Assembly: GCA_000004985.1 (NCBI GenBank)
Contig: GG738859.1
Reading direction: 5' to 3' (one strand)
DNA length: 64,000 nt
Source of the DNA: Naegleria gruberi
Taxonomy: Eukaryota
Part shown: positions 62,936-64,000 of the stretch, piece after piece
Layout of the letters: the number at the start of each line of letters is the position of its first letter
Position numbering within the stretch: position 1 is the first letter of the stretch
Position numbers and translations under genes: made by a program
The notes under the pieces: model-generated
Told to the model about the DNA's origin: nothing
Databases searched by the model: none
Seen by the model: the letters and a program-made list of their open reading frames with translations, nothing else

Positions 62936-63955
62936 TTAAAATTGATTCCTATTGGGTGTTTCCCAAAGTGGAATTTCTGTAAATTCGTTTGTGGGATCAA
63001 TCAGGATTGGAGTTTCGTTTCTAATAGATGGAGTCCAGTGAGAAATTTCAGATTTTATAGAATCTACTCTGAATTCCTCCTTTCGAACAATATCTACAGT
63101 ATTCACAGCTGCTTGAGATTTGGCATCTCTTTTAATGGTTTCAACAGTATCATTTGAGCTAGCTCTAATTTCTATCATGATATTATCCAAAGGACCAAAT
63201 GAAAACGTTACAAAAACACAAAATGATAACAAGGTTATTTTGTGGAAAAGAATGCATACGGGATAAATCTGAATAAATATTCCAAATGCAGCAGATCCTA
63301 CTATCAATGAAATCAAATTGAAAATTGCCATATAAAGTTGGCCAAATGTTAATAAAAGCAAATTTCTACATGATTTCTTACGTTGCTCTGTGATTGGAAA
63401 CTTTTGATTGAGTAATAACTTTCTGATAAGCAACACAACAATAGCCATATTTAGTAATGAGTAATAAATTGTTACTAAACTTGTAATTGAAATGTAAAGT
63501 CCAAACATGGCTTCACCAACTTGTTTGAAAATAAGAAAATCCGTTTCAGACAATAGCTTCCTGTCAGCGTCATAATATCTGAATATATTTGAAGAGATTA
63601 CAAAACCAACAATTATTACGAAAATCAAGTTGACTGTTACAATCAGCGAAATGCTCAATATTGTGATAAATCGTGAAATATAGTGTCTCTTCTTATTCAT
63701 TCTCATCCATTCATGTGATTTGTTAAAGAATAATTGATTTAAAATCTTTGTAATAAAACATTGGCAATTGACACAAGCAGCAATTGACAAGTAAAAGATA
63801 GATTGTTCCAATGATGAACTGACTACTATATAAATTACTTCCAAATCAAGTAGTAAACAAATACAAGTACCCAATCCAACAATTTGAAAAATTTCTTCCA
63901 ATATAAATAATGATAGAATTACTGAATAAAGTATTTTCTTATTGGAAACCATTTT
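62936..63955 (-). CDS. multi-pass (about 7 TM) membrane protein of unknown family, ~339 aa; start uncertain (may extend beyond window)
   Basis: The candidate ATG at 63953-63955 has an A-rich context (MVSNKKILYSVILSLF...). At least six long hydrophobic helices are separated by short loops, and the hydrophilic C-terminal tail is ISHWTPSIRNETPILIDPTNEF.... Confidence 0.45.
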   Translation of the reverse strand, partial: KMVSNKKILYSVILSLFILEEIFQIVGLGTCICLLLDLEVIYIVVSSSLEQSIFYLSIAACVNCQCFITKILNQLFFNKSHEWMRMNKKRHYISRFITILSISLIVTVNLIFVIIVGFVISSNIFRYYDADRKLLSETDFLIFKQVGEAMFGLYISITSLVTIYYSLLNMAIVVLLIRKLLLNQKFPITEQRKKSCRNLLLLTFGQLYMAIFNLISLIVGSAAFGIFIQIYPVCILFHKITLLSFCVFVTFSFGPLDNIMIEIRASSNDTVETIKRDAKSQAAVNTVDIVRKEEFRVDSIKSEISHWTPSIRNETPILIDPTNEFTEIPLWETPNRNQF

Positions 63956-64000
63956 CTTATAATTTAAAATAAAAATTGAAAGCATAAACAATGTTATGAT

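Noticed and set aside
1-64000. Assignment to Dictyostelium discoideum
   Set aside because: The codon bias, A-run starts and N-rich tracts resemble dictyostelids. However, intergenic DNA here is much less extreme than the 85-90% AT typical there. Convergent genes nearly abut, and the presence of a Tectonic (ciliary) gene argues against a non-ciliated dictyostelid.
1-64000. CRISPR arrays, transposons, LTRs or tandem satellite repeats
   Set aside because: None were found. The only conspicuous DNA repeats are the in-frame AT-hook units within the SET gene and the short homopolymer A/T runs at promoters.

Overview
This 64-kb window is a gene-dense, AT-rich (about two-thirds A+T) eukaryotic nuclear region, probably from a compact protist genome with the standard genetic code. 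Genes carry 0-5 short spliceosomal introns (39-128 nt, GTAAGT/GTATGT/GTACGT donors, AG acceptors). Start codons sit in an A6-8ATG context, and many proteins have N/S/Y/R-rich low-complexity tracts. The ORF-track 'M' residues often come from TTG/GTG codons, so I re-derived starts and exon joins by hand. Multi-exon coordinates may be off by +/-1-2 nt and need RNA-seq confirmation. I resolve about 41 protein-coding genes (about 1 per 1.6 kb) and one solitary 5S rRNA gene with a T-run terminator. There are no CRISPR arrays, no prokaryotic operons and no recognisable transposons. Genes alternate between divergent pairs with 100-800-bp shared 5' regions and convergent pairs whose stop codons are only 8-33 bp apart. 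Recognisable content falls into several groups. Housekeeping genes include coatomer alpha, RPL10, UTP15, an exosome RNase-PH subunit, GINS SLD5, REV7, RMC1/Mic1 and a TTC4-like protein. Chromatin enzymes are a SET methyltransferase with an AT-hook array and a MYST acetyltransferase. Genes with N-terminal presequences (likely mitochondrial) include a bacterial Pol I-type DNA polymerase, EndoG, ATP synthase delta and bifunctional LKR/SDH. Other identified genes are a cellular RNA-dependent RNA polymerase (RdRP), a Tectonic (cilium transition-zone) homolog, a 7TM-RGS protein, a divergent EF2 paralog, a Rab GTPase lacking a prenylation motif, and a CMTR1-like cap methyltransferase. Lineage-specific genes include two DUF4116-repeat proteins, a tandem pair of LAMP-like type I membrane proteins and cysteine-rich secreted proteins. 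The most interesting signals are listed below. First, the family A polymerase carries a 5'-3' exonuclease domain, five spliceosomal introns and a presequence. Second, convergent genes abut so closely that 3' transcript overlap is obligatory, and an RdRP is encoded in the same window. Third, a 7TM-RGS gene lies 17 nt upstream of an EF2 paralog that has lost both the catalytic and the diphthamide histidine.
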